Positions 35,542 through 44,265 of a stretch of DNA of 64,000 bases are shown here, in pieces; position 1 is the first letter of the stretch, and the number at the start of each line of letters is the position of its first letter. The translations under genes and the position numbers were made by a program. The notes beneath the pieces were generated by a model. That model saw only the letters and a list, made by a program, of their open reading frames with translations, had not been told where the DNA came from and ran no database searches. The DNA lies in assembly GCA_937921735.1 (NCBI GenBank), contig CAKZTQ010000016.1, positions 15,622 to 79,621 of the forward strand. Reading direction: 5' to 3'. The DNA comes from an uncultured archaeon. Its GTDB lineage: Archaea > Hadarchaeota > Hadarchaeia > Hadarchaeales > Hadarchaeaceae.

Positions 35542-37191
35542 TTATCGCAGAACGGCACCCACATCCGCTGATTGGACGGATTTCGCGTACCTAGCTAGAT
35601 ATCCCTTTAACTTCTTGATCGGCGGGCTCCAACCCTGAAACCTACGCTTGAGTTCCTCCTCGGGGACGAGCAGCTCCAATCTCCGCCTCGGGATATCTAT
35701 CTCTATTTCATCACCGTCCCTTACGACCGCTATCGGGCCACCCTCCGCGGCCTCGGGGGAGACATGACCTATGCACGGCCCCCTCGTCGAGCCCGAAAAG
35801 CGCCCGTCGGTGACGAGGGCCACGGAATCGCCCAATCCCATCCCCATCAACAATGAAGTCACCATGTGCTGCTCCCGCATGCCGGGGCCACCTTTTGGCC
35901 CCTCATAGCGTATAACTACGACGTCACCGCGTTTGATCCTACGCTGCAGCAGGGCCCTCAACGCGCTTTCTAAGCCGTCGAATACCCGCGCTGGCCCCCT
36001 GTGCTTTAGCATCTTCGGGCTAACCGCCACTTGGCGCACCACGGCCCCGTTCGGAGCCAAGTTGCCCTGCAGGATGGCTATCGCGCCTTCTTTCGCGATC
36101 GGTCTCGAGAGCGGCCTTATCACCTCGTCGTTTAGAACCCTTGCTCCAGCGATATTATCGGCGAGGGTTCCCCCGGTAACCGTCAGCACGCTAAGGTTCA
36201 GCAGGCTCTCAAGCCTTTTCATCACCGCGGGTATCCCGCCGGCACGCTGAAGGTCGAGCGCGGTGTAAGGTCCGGCAGGCTTAAGGGCACATATGTACGG
36301 CACCCTGCGGCTGACTTCCTCGAACTTCTCGAGGGGGATCTGGATACCCAACTCGCTGGCGATCGCTGGCAAGTGCAGCACCGTGTTCGTCGACCCTCCG
36401 AGCGCGACGTCGATGGCGATCGCGTTTTCAAACGCGTCGGGTGTCATAATGTCGCTAGGCCTTATCCTCCGCTTAAGGAGCGTGACCACCTGTTTGCCGC
36501 TTTCCTCCGCTAATCTGAGCTTCGCCGCCTCGGTGGCGTGCATCATCGCGCAGCCAGGAAGGCTCATGCCAAGCGCTTCCGTGACGGCCGCCATGGTGTT
36601 CGCGGTCGCCATCATCGCGCATGATCCAGCCCCTGGGCAGGCCGACAGCTCCATTTCCTCCAGTTCCAGCTCCGTCAGCTTCCCCACCTTCACCCGCCCT
36701 ATCGCCTCCCTTACATCGACGAGCGTTAGCTTTTGTCCCCGCCACTCGCCGGGCATCATGGGGCCACCGGTGATGATTATTGTCGGAAGATCCAGCCTCG
36801 CCGCAGCCATCAACATGCCCGGCACCACTTTATCGCATGAGCACAGCATCACCACCGCGTCAAACCTGTGCGCCTCGACCACGAGCTCGATGGAGTCCGC
36901 TATGAGATCGCGTGAGGGCAGCGAATAACACATGCCGACATGCCCTTGGGCGAGGCCGTCGCATATCGCTATGGTGTTGAACTCGAACGGCACGCCCCCG
37001 GCGGCGCGGACGCCTGCCTTCACGGCCTCCGCAAGCCTTTGAAGGTGCACGTGTCCAGGGACGATCTCCGAGAAGGAGTTGGCGATGGCGATGAACGGTT
37101 TGCCAAGCTCTTCACGCGTCACCCCGAGCGAGTGGAGCAGGGCTCGATGTCCAGCGCGCTCTAGGCCTTCCTTGATCTCATCGCTCCGCAA
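35542..37191 (-). CDS. ilvD: Dihydroxy-acid dehydratase
   Basis: MRSDEIKEGLERAGHRALLHSLG...CDK...CPGAGSC is the IlvD/EDD signature along 549 aa. Confidence 0.85.
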   Translation of the reverse strand: MRSDEIKEGLERAGHRALLHSLGVTREELGKPFIAIANSFSEIVPGHVHLQRLAEAVKAGVRAAGGVPFEFNTIAICDGLAQGHVGMCYSLPSRDLIADSIELVVEAHRFDAVVMLCSCDKVVPGMLMAAARLDLPTIIITGGPMMPGEWRGQKLTLVDVREAIGRVKVGKLTELELEEMELSACPGAGSCAMMATANTMAAVTEALGMSLPGCAMMHATEAAKLRLAEESGKQVVTLLKRRIRPSDIMTPDAFENAIAIDVALGGSTNTVLHLPAIASELGIQIPLEKFEEVSRRVPYICALKPAGPYTALDLQRAGGIPAVMKRLESLLNLSVLTVTGGTLADNIAGARVLNDEVIRPLSRPIAKEGAIAILQGNLAPNGAVVRQVAVSPKMLKHRGPARVFDGLESALRALLQRRIKRGDVVVIRYEGPKGGPGMREQHMVTSLLMGMGLGDSVALVTDGRFSGSTRGPCIGHVSPEAAEGGPIAVVRDGDEIEIDIPRRRLELLVPEEELKRRFQGWSPPIKKLKGYLARYAKSVQSADVGAVLR

Positions 37192-37243
37192 TTCATCACC
37201 GACCAGCTAACTTTAAGCGCCATCCGGTAAATAAATCGTCCCC

Positions 37244-38524
37244 GTGGTCAAGCTTTCCGTTGCTTTTGGGAAGGGGAGTGTTAGTTTTGAGCTCCCGCGC
37301 AAGAACCTCCTCGGCGTGGTGAGGCCCCTAAACGTTAAAGGGGTGCGGGACCCAACGGCCGAGATCAGGCGGGCCCTTGACCATCCCATCGCCTCAAAGC
37401 CGCTCGGTAAACTGGTGGGCCGCGGTCAAAGAGTGGCCATAGTGGTGACAGACCACACCCGTTCTTGCCCGGATAATATCATCCTTCCCATGCTCCTCGA
37501 TGACTTGCAGGGGGCCGGGGTGAGTCTTGAAGATGTCTCAGTGGTGGTAGGCTTGGGGATGCACCGCAAGATGAGCGAGGACGAGATGCGACAGAAGTTT
37601 GGCGTCGTCGTCGAGCAGGTCGAGGTGGTAAACCATGACCCACTCGATGAGAGACAACTCGTCTACCTTGGCAGGACCCGTTCAGGAGGGCCCGTTTACG
37701 TAAATCGTCGCGTCGCAGAGGCGGACCTCGTGATCGCCGTCGGCGTGGTGGAGCCCCATCAGTACGCTGGCTTCAGCGGGGGGAGGAAGCTTGTGGCGGT
37801 GGGTGCGGCAGGCGTGCAGACGATTGCCCATACCCATCAACCGCGCTTCATCGATGCAGCCGGTACCAGCCTCGGCGTGCTTCAGGGAAACCCCTTCCAT
37901 CGCGAACTCGTGGAGATCGCTCGCAAGACTAACTTAAGGTTCGCGGTGAACGTCGTGTTGAATGCGGAGCAGGAGCTCGTACGATGTTTTACTGGCGAGC
38001 CCGATGCCTCGCTTGAGGCTGCAGCCCTCCTTGCGAGTAGGCTTTACATCAGGCCGATCAAAGGACAAGCCGATGTCCTCGTGCTGGGGGTCGGCCACCC
38101 AAAGGACCGCGACCTCTATCAGGCTTCCCGCGGCGTCACCTATGCGTATTTCGCCTCCAAGCCAGCGGTGAGGGAAGGAGGCGCCATTGTGCTTGCCGCA
38201 CCATGTCCGGAGGGCATTGGTGATAAAAGGTTTGAGGCGATGTTCAGGCGAGCTAAGACGCCGAGCGATGTGGTGGCTAAGGGCAAGCGGTTGGGCTTTG
38301 AGCCAGGCGAACAACGCGCCTATATGCTTGCACGGGTACTCGAACACGCTAAGGTCATCGTCGCGGGCTCGGCCTTAAATCCGAAAGCGCTGCAAAGGAT
38401 GTTCCTCCAATCGGCGCCGAGCATCGACGTGGCGCTTGCGGATGTTTTCAAGATCCTCGGCGAAGACGCAAGGGTGTTGGTGATACCTCACTCGCTCCTG
38501 ACGATCCCAATCGTCAAAATCTGA
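37244..38524 (+). CDS. larA: Nickel-dependent lactate racemase LarA-family protein (DUF2088)
   Basis: A GTG start and 426 aa with the LarA-like N-terminal and central patterns. It is divergent from ilvD. Confidence 0.7.
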   Translation: MVKLSVAFGKGSVSFELPRKNLLGVVRPLNVKGVRDPTAEIRRALDHPIASKPLGKLVGRGQRVAIVVTDHTRSCPDNIILPMLLDDLQGAGVSLEDVSVVVGLGMHRKMSEDEMRQKFGVVVEQVEVVNHDPLDERQLVYLGRTRSGGPVYVNRRVAEADLVIAVGVVEPHQYAGFSGGRKLVAVGAAGVQTIAHTHQPRFIDAAGTSLGVLQGNPFHRELVEIARKTNLRFAVNVVLNAEQELVRCFTGEPDASLEAAALLASRLYIRPIKGQADVLVLGVGHPKDRDLYQASRGVTYAYFASKPAVREGGAIVLAAPCPEGIGDKRFEAMFRRAKTPSDVVAKGKRLGFEPGEQRAYMLARVLEHAKVIVAGSALNPKALQRMFLQSAPSIDVALADVFKILGEDARVLVIPHSLLTIPIVKI

Positions 38525-38633
38525 TTCCCTTCGGCTGCCTATTTGCGGTTGGCACCTCAAACCATTAGAATATCGTATAACCTTCTACAAACAAGAAATA
38601 TTAAATTCAAAAACTACTTTTAACGCGGGAAAG

Positions 38634-38997
38634 ATGGCCAAAGAGGATGAGATATTAGAGGAGTTAAAGCGCATCAGAGGACTTCTTGAGCCAAAGCCCG
38701 CACCTCCGGCGCCCAAGGGATTCTGGGCGGAGTTCATGGATTTTCTGTCGAAATACAAAGTGATGGGGATGGCTGTGGCCTTCATCCTTGGCTTATACCT
38801 CGGAGCCCTAGTCAAGGCATTAGTGGACGATTTGATAATGCCGGTATTGCAATTCTTCACATCAGAAACCAATTGGGAGGCTATAGAGTTAGGACCTTCC
38901 GCATAGGGCACTTCCTCGGCGCACTGATAACGTTCATAATTATAGCATTGTAATCTTCATTATAGTGAAAGTATCCAAAAAATGGGGCATTGAATAA
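38634..38997 (+). pseudogene. mscL: Large-conductance mechanosensitive channel MscL, disrupted by two apparent -1 frameshifts
   Basis: Frame 0 (38634-38906) gives the MscL N-terminus with TM1, FWAEFMDFLSKYKVMGMAVAFILGLYLGALVKALVDDLIMPVL..., ending ELGPSA*. The expected continuation FRIGHFLGALITFIIIAL is in frame -1 from 38897, and VIFIIVKVSKKWGIE* is in frame -2 from 38950. Confidence 0.5.
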
Positions 38998-39038
38998 GTT
39001 TTGCTTTTTCTTTTTCATGGACGGCATTAGTGGCCCAG

Positions 39039-39320
39039 CTAAGATTTTCTTGTTTGGGCCTTGGCCACGAAAAGCCCGCAGTGGCATCTCCCCATGTTTT
39101 TGATCTCCTCTTTGTGGTAGGCGCAAGGGCAAATGATTTTCGCGTCCAGTTTTTTATCACCCGTCACTGCCCTGCAAGGGCAATATCTATACCCAAACCT
39201 CTCTTCATTTCTAAGGAGCCCTTGGACGACGAAATTCACGATGTCCTTATCGGGATTTATGTCGAACCCTTGGGACTCGGCATATCTCTTGAGCGAGTCC
39301 AGCAGCTCTTCGGCCTTCAT
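39039..39320 (-). CDS. ftrC: Ferredoxin:thioredoxin reductase catalytic subunit-like protein
   Basis: CPCRAV...CPC...HCGLF is the FTR catalytic Cys pattern. Confidence 0.7.
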   Translation of the reverse strand: MKAEELLDSLKRYAESQGFDINPDKDIVNFVVQGLLRNEERFGYRYCPCRAVTGDKKLDAKIICPCAYHKEEIKNMGRCHCGLFVAKAQTRKS

Positions 39321-39547
39321 AGCCCTAGCGCCTCGATCAGCTTTTGCCTATCGAAGCCGACTATGATTTTTCCGTCGATGTCAATGACGGGGACGCCAGT
39401 TTGACCGCTTTTGCGGATCATTTCGAGCGCCCTTTCGGGATCCTCTTGCACGTTGATCTCCTCAAACTCGACGCCGTGCTGCATTAAGAAATCTCTTGCC
39501 ATCTTACAGTAAGGGCAAAAGGGCGCGGAGTAAAGCTTAACCCTCAT
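39317..39547 (-). CDS. Glutaredoxin (NrdH/Grx-like)
   Basis: MRVKLYSAPFCPYCKMARDFL...GVPVIDIDGKIIVGFD contains a CPYC active site. It is translationally coupled to ftrC. Confidence 0.7.
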   Translation of the reverse strand: MRVKLYSAPFCPYCKMARDFLMQHGVEFEEINVQEDPERALEMIRKSGQTGVPVIDIDGKIIVGFDRQKLIEALGL

Positions 39548-39640
39548 TTGATCACGGTTTTAATTCCGAAAAATAGTATTAAAAACTTCTAGATACCTCG
39601 ACATTTTAATTAAAGCACGAATAAAAAAGGCTGGGATCCG

Positions 39641-41470
39641 ATGCTGGGTTTCACGGGTAAGCTATTGTACGTTGACCTGAGCAGGAGAAAACTTGAGGAT
39701 CGTTCTACGCCCGAGCGACTCGCGCATGCTTTTCTGGGCGGGCGCGGGCTCGGAGCGGCCATATTACACAAAGAGCTCGAGGGCGGCGTCGACCCTCTAT
39801 CGCCAAAGAACGTTCTAGTATTCATGACTGGTCCCGCAGTAGGGACGCCGCTGCCGGCATGTGCCCGCTGGGAGGCGGTCACGAAGTCTCCGTTGACCGG
39901 GTTCTACTGCTGCAGCTCCGCGGGGGGGTTCTTCGGTGCGGAGCTGAAATTCGCGGGTTACGATGGAGTGGTAATTCGCGGCAGGGCAAAGGAACCAACT
40001 TGGCTCCTCATTGAAGACGGCGCGGCAGAGTTACGCGATGCCAGCGAGCTATGGGGCAAAACCACGGATGAAGTGGAGGCGATGATAAGGAAAGAGCTCA
40101 AGGACAACCGCGTCCGTGTCGCCCGCATAGGTCCAGCTGGCGAAAACCTCGTGAGGTTCGCCAGCATCCAAGCCGATCTTCGATCGATAGGGCGAGGCGG
40201 GATGGGCGCGGTCATGGGCAGCAAGCGCCTGAAGGCGGTCGCCGTGAGGGGTCACGGTAGAGTGGAAGTGGCCGACGAAGAAGGGCTGATGGATCTGACG
40301 AGAGAACTCATGGCGGAGATGAAGCAAAGTCAAGCGGTCGAGAACTTCTCAAAGTGGGGGACGCCTCAATTCGTCGACCCCGTCAACGAGGGTGGCCTGT
40401 GGCCCACCAAGAACTTTCAAGAGGGAGCGTTCGAGGGAGCAAGTAGGATAAACGCTTCCAGCATGCGCGAGAGCTTGGTGAAAAGGGATACCGCCTGCTA
40501 CGCGTGTCCGATAGCATGTGGCAAGCTGAGCGTCGTCGGGGATGGTCCATACGCCGGTGTCGTGGTAGAGGGCCCAGAGTACGAGACGCTTTGGGCATTC
40601 GGTGCACAGTGCGGCGTGGATCGCCTCGACGCCATAGCTGCAGCAAACCTGCTGTGCGATCGCTATGGCATGGACACCATCTCCACAGGCAACGTCATCG
40701 GCTTTGCGATGGAATGCTTCGAGCGTGGCCTCCTGAGCAGGGAGGAGGTAGATGGGCTGGAGCTAAGGTTCGGCAACCACGAGGTCTTTGCGGAGCTCTT
40801 GCGCAGGATCGCCTACCGGGAGGGCATAGGTGACTTATTGGCGGAAGGAGTTCGGAGGGCGGCAAAGCGCATAAGGAGGGGCGCGGAGGAATTCGCGATG
40901 CACGTGAAGGGTCTAGAGCTTCCTGCCTATGATCCAAGGGGCGCTTGGGGCATGGGGTTGGCATATGCCACGGCCTGTCGAGGGGGGTGCCACTTGAAGG
41001 CTTGGACGCTAGCGGCGGAGGTCTTCGAGGGCAAGTACGACAGGTTTTCGACGGAGGGGAAGGCTAAACTGGTATTCGATCTTCAAAACCTACGTGCGGC
41101 AGTGGATTCGATAGGTGTCTGCGTCATGGGCTCGCGGGTGATAGGCGCCAGGCAGATGGCTAAGATAATGATGGTCACGACCGGCTGGAACTTCAAAGAC
41201 GATGACGTGCTAAAGGCGGGGGAGCGGATATATAACTTGGAGCGATTGTTAGCCGTCCGCGATGGTATTTCCGGAAAAGATGATACCTTGCCACCCAGGC
41301 TGTTGAAGGAGGCTCTTCCGCATGGCCCCTGCAAGGGCATCAAATTGACGGAAAGGGACCTGTCGCTGATGCTCAGCGAATACTACAAACTCCGTGGCTG
41401 GGACAAAAGGGGCAAGCCGACGAGGGCCAAGTTGCGGGAGTTGGGGATAACCAAATCGTTGTGGCGATAG
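39641..41470 (+). CDS. Tungsten-type aldehyde:ferredoxin oxidoreductase family protein (paralog 2)
   Basis: A 609-aa protein with the AOR family pattern. It shares a 50-nt stretch identical to paralog 1. Confidence 0.85.
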   Translation: MLGFTGKLLYVDLSRRKLEDRSTPERLAHAFLGGRGLGAAILHKELEGGVDPLSPKNVLVFMTGPAVGTPLPACARWEAVTKSPLTGFYCCSSAGGFFGAELKFAGYDGVVIRGRAKEPTWLLIEDGAAELRDASELWGKTTDEVEAMIRKELKDNRVRVARIGPAGENLVRFASIQADLRSIGRGGMGAVMGSKRLKAVAVRGHGRVEVADEEGLMDLTRELMAEMKQSQAVENFSKWGTPQFVDPVNEGGLWPTKNFQEGAFEGASRINASSMRESLVKRDTACYACPIACGKLSVVGDGPYAGVVVEGPEYETLWAFGAQCGVDRLDAIAAANLLCDRYGMDTISTGNVIGFAMECFERGLLSREEVDGLELRFGNHEVFAELLRRIAYREGIGDLLAEGVRRAAKRIRRGAEEFAMHVKGLELPAYDPRGAWGMGLAYATACRGGCHLKAWTLAAEVFEGKYDRFSTEGKAKLVFDLQNLRAAVDSIGVCVMGSRVIGARQMAKIMMVTTGWNFKDDDVLKAGERIYNLERLLAVRDGISGKDDTLPPRLLKEALPHGPCKGIKLTERDLSLMLSEYYKLRGWDKRGKPTRAKLRELGITKSLWR

Positions 41471-41471
41471 C

Positions 41472-42827
41472 ATGAGAGTGAAGGAACTTTTCGGCACAAG
41501 GGGAATCAGGGGCCCCGTGGCGACCAAGGTGACCCCAGAGCTTATGCTAAGGCTGGGGATGGCGCTGGCATCACACGTTGACGGGGGCAAGGTGGTGGTC
41601 GCGCGAGACGCCCGCACCTCAAGCGAGATGTTGTGCCACGCTTTTATCGCTGGTGTTCTCGCGGGCGGCTGCAACGTCGTCGACATCGGACTAGCGCCCT
41701 CACCATGTTTGGCCTTTACGACGCGGGAGCTCTCGGCGAGTGCGGGGGCGATAATAACCGCCTCCCACAATCCCCCACCCGACAACGGCATCGCCTTCTA
41801 CCGCGACGACGGCATGGAGTTCACGGACGAGGACGAGCTGGCGTTGGAAGAGCTGGTGCTAAAGAAGGCGCCCAAACGCGCGACTTGGGATTCGCTGGGC
41901 AGCGTGGAGCGCTACAACGCGATCCCTCCATACATAGAGGCGATCAAGAAGGCGGTGAAGGTCAGACGTGGTTTCAAGGTAGTCGTGGACTGCGCGAACG
42001 GTGTCGCCTCGCTCGTCACCCCCATCCTCCTTCGCGAGCTCGGGTGCAAGGTCGTGACGATGAACTCCCATCTCGACGGGCACTTCCCGGGCAGGCCCGC
42101 GGAGCCCCAGCCTTGGAACCTGGGCGACCTCATGCGCACGGTGCGCGAGGTCGGCGCCGATGTTGGGATGGCCCACGATGGAGATGGGGATAGGATAGCG
42201 GTGGTCGATGAACAAGGCAACTTCATAAAGCACGACGCGCTTCTGGCCCTCTTCGCCGCTCGAGCGGTCAGGCGCAAGGGCGATGTGGTGGTGACGAGCA
42301 TCAACACCTCCGTCGCCATAGAAGAGGTCGTGGCGAAAGCGGGGGGCAAGACCGTCAGGACCGCGCTCGGAGATTTTCATGTCGCCATGCTTGAGCACGG
42401 TGCGGTCTTTGCGGGCGAACCCGGCAAGCTAGTATTTAAAGAGTTTGGCCCTTGGGCGGATGGTGTGTTTACCGCCGCGAAATTGCTGGAACTGATGTCC
42501 ATCGAGCGAAAGCCGCTATCCGAGATCATTTCCTTTTCTGTGCCGGACTATCCTATGTACTCGCAGGACTTCGCTTGTCCCGACGAGAAAAAGGTCGAGT
42601 TCATGCGATCCGTCAGAAGTTACCTGCTCGACCACGTCGGGGATGTTAGGGATGTGCTAGAGATCGATGGGATTCGGGTAAACCGCAGAAATGGCAGCTG
42701 GTTGCTCATCCGAGTTTCCGGTACCGAGCCCAAGGCGCGGATGGTGCTCGAGGGCAGGACGGCGGAAGAGGCGGAGGAGCTCAAGGAAATCGGCCTTAAA
42801 GCCATAAAGAAATTCTTGGGATGCTAA
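41472..42827 (+). CDS. glmM: Phosphohexomutase (phosphoglucosamine mutase/phosphomannomutase family)
   Basis: Carries the active-site TASHNP motif and the metal-binding DGDGDR motif. It starts 2 nt after the AOR2 stop. Confidence 0.8.
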   Translation: MRVKELFGTRGIRGPVATKVTPELMLRLGMALASHVDGGKVVVARDARTSSEMLCHAFIAGVLAGGCNVVDIGLAPSPCLAFTTRELSASAGAIITASHNPPPDNGIAFYRDDGMEFTDEDELALEELVLKKAPKRATWDSLGSVERYNAIPPYIEAIKKAVKVRRGFKVVVDCANGVASLVTPILLRELGCKVVTMNSHLDGHFPGRPAEPQPWNLGDLMRTVREVGADVGMAHDGDGDRIAVVDEQGNFIKHDALLALFAARAVRRKGDVVVTSINTSVAIEEVVAKAGGKTVRTALGDFHVAMLEHGAVFAGEPGKLVFKEFGPWADGVFTAAKLLELMSIERKPLSEIISFSVPDYPMYSQDFACPDEKKVEFMRSVRSYLLDHVGDVRDVLEIDGIRVNRRNGSWLLIRVSGTEPKARMVLEGRTAEEAEELKEIGLKAIKKFLGC

Positions 42828-43117
42828 AAGCCTCCGCCCACGGGCGGAAACATCGCGATCTCGTCCCCGTCCTTTAGCCCCGCCGCAAAGCCCCCCAAAA
42901 ATGCGATGTTGTGCCCGTTGAGGAGGATCCTCACCCGCTCCACCGGCTCTCCCCGCTCATCTAGGACCTGTTTGCGGAATTCCGGTCCAAGCCTCTCGCA
43001 TACCCTCCGCACGACATCGCCCAAGCTGCTTCCCTCGGGTACCTCCTCGATCAACAAACGCTGTCCCGCCGCCTCGCGGAGGGTAGCGAAAAGCTTTATG
43101 GTTATTTGCACCTTCAT
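42824..43117 (-). CDS. MoaD/SAMP-like ubiquitin-fold protein with residues beyond the Gly-Gly (ends ...PPVGGGF)
   Basis: MKVQITIKLFATLREAAG... is the MoaD-like N-terminus. The C-terminus carries one extra Phe after GG(G). The ATG at 43117 is preferred over the GTG at 43153. Confidence 0.55.
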   Translation of the reverse strand: MKVQITIKLFATLREAAGQRLLIEEVPEGSSLGDVVRRVCERLGPEFRKQVLDERGEPVERVRILLNGHNIAFLGGFAAGLKDGDEIAMFPPVGGGF

Positions 43118-43674
43118 CCACCGATTTTTCGTCCTTTGACCTTCTGGAGGCACATCGCGATGGAATTCAAAAATATCATCGCGGATACCTCAAAGAGGGT
43201 CGATGCCGGCGAGAGCGCGTTATCGCTCATTTCTTCTGCCCTGCCTTCCCCCAGAGAGGGTTCCTTCCAACCGGAAAGCGTGATCACGACGTCCGCCTCT
43301 TTGCCGAGCGTGCTTTCTGGACGCGAGGTAAGCGCGACGATGCTGGTACCGAGTCGCTTAGCGATGCTCGCCGCTTTGACGGTGAAGGCGGTCTCGCCTG
43401 AGTCGGATACCGCGATCAATAAATCCCCCCTCTCCGGGTGGGCCAGAACAGTTTCCCCCACGACGTTGATGTCAAACCCAAGGCGCGCGAGCTTTATCGC
43501 GAATGACTTCACTATCAGCCCTGAACGCCCAGCGCCCACGACGAAGATGTGTCGGCTTTTGAAGATCATCTCCAGGAGTTTTGAGATTTGTTCCTCCCCT
43601 ACGCCTTCCAGCGCCAGCTTGGAACCCTCGAGCAATTCATCCAAGGTGGTCCTCAGCTCATCTACTTCTGCCAT
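43114..43674 (-). CDS. SIS-domain sugar-phosphate isomerase (6-phospho-3-hexuloisomerase-like)
   Basis: IFVVGAGRSGLIVKSFAIKLARLG... is the SIS pattern. The start is the ATG at 43674. Confidence 0.65.
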   Translation of the reverse strand: MAEVDELRTTLDELLEGSKLALEGVGEEQISKLLEMIFKSRHIFVVGAGRSGLIVKSFAIKLARLGFDINVVGETVLAHPERGDLLIAVSDSGETAFTVKAASIAKRLGTSIVALTSRPESTLGKEADVVITLSGWKEPSLGEGRAEEMSDNALSPASTLFEVSAMIFLNSIAMCLQKVKGRKIGG

Positions 43675-44225
43675 TGAGTTCTTGCCCCCTTCCGCTCGAG
43701 AATCTCGGCACAGAGCCCCTCGAGTAAAATAAAGCATGCGCTTTCGAAAAGTGCGCCGGTGGGCGAGGGAGGCTCGTGCTCGCCCTGTACCATGCGTTCG
43801 ACGTAAGATCCCCTTTCCCAAGGCTTCTCCCTGCCCGCCACGTGGAGGACGAAGTCAGCCTGTCTCCCCAAAGTCGACTGGGGGAACGAGGTCACGGCTA
43901 AGATCTTAGCTCCCACTTTCCGGGCAGTCTCGGCGATCGAGGTGACGCTATCGGTCTCGCCCGAGCCGGAAATGGCCACCAACATGTCGCGAGCGGTTAT
44001 CGTGGGGGCGACATCCCCGACGATGTAAGCCCTCAAGCCCAACCTCTGGAGCCTAAGGGCAAAGTTCCTGGCGAGTATCTCCGACCTCCCAGCTCCGGCC
44101 ACAAATATTCGCTCGGCCGACGTTAGCCCCTGAACCGCGGCATCGACCTGTCTTGGGTCGAGCTTCTCGCAGCATTTCCTGATATGCTTCAGTATCGCAT
44201 CGACGGCAGCCTGCATGAACCTCAT
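43662..44225 (-). CDS. SIS-domain sugar-phosphate isomerase (second, paralogous copy)
   Basis: IFVAGAGRSEILARNFALRLQRLG... is the SIS pattern. It overlaps the downstream SIS gene by 13 nt. Confidence 0.6.
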   Translation of the reverse strand: MRFMQAAVDAILKHIRKCCEKLDPRQVDAAVQGLTSAERIFVAGAGRSEILARNFALRLQRLGLRAYIVGDVAPTITARDMLVAISGSGETDSVTSIAETARKVGAKILAVTSFPQSTLGRQADFVLHVAGREKPWERGSYVERMVQGEHEPPSPTGALFESACFILLEGLCAEILERKGARTQWQK

Positions 44226-44265
44226 GCGGGTTCCAAAATTTACTTAACTTGGCCCCCTAAAAAGG

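Noticed and set aside
38881-39132. 83-aa minus-strand ORF overlapping the mscL 3' region
   Set aside because: It lies antisense to the frameshifted MscL TM2 segment. It is a spurious ORF in an AT-rich stretch.
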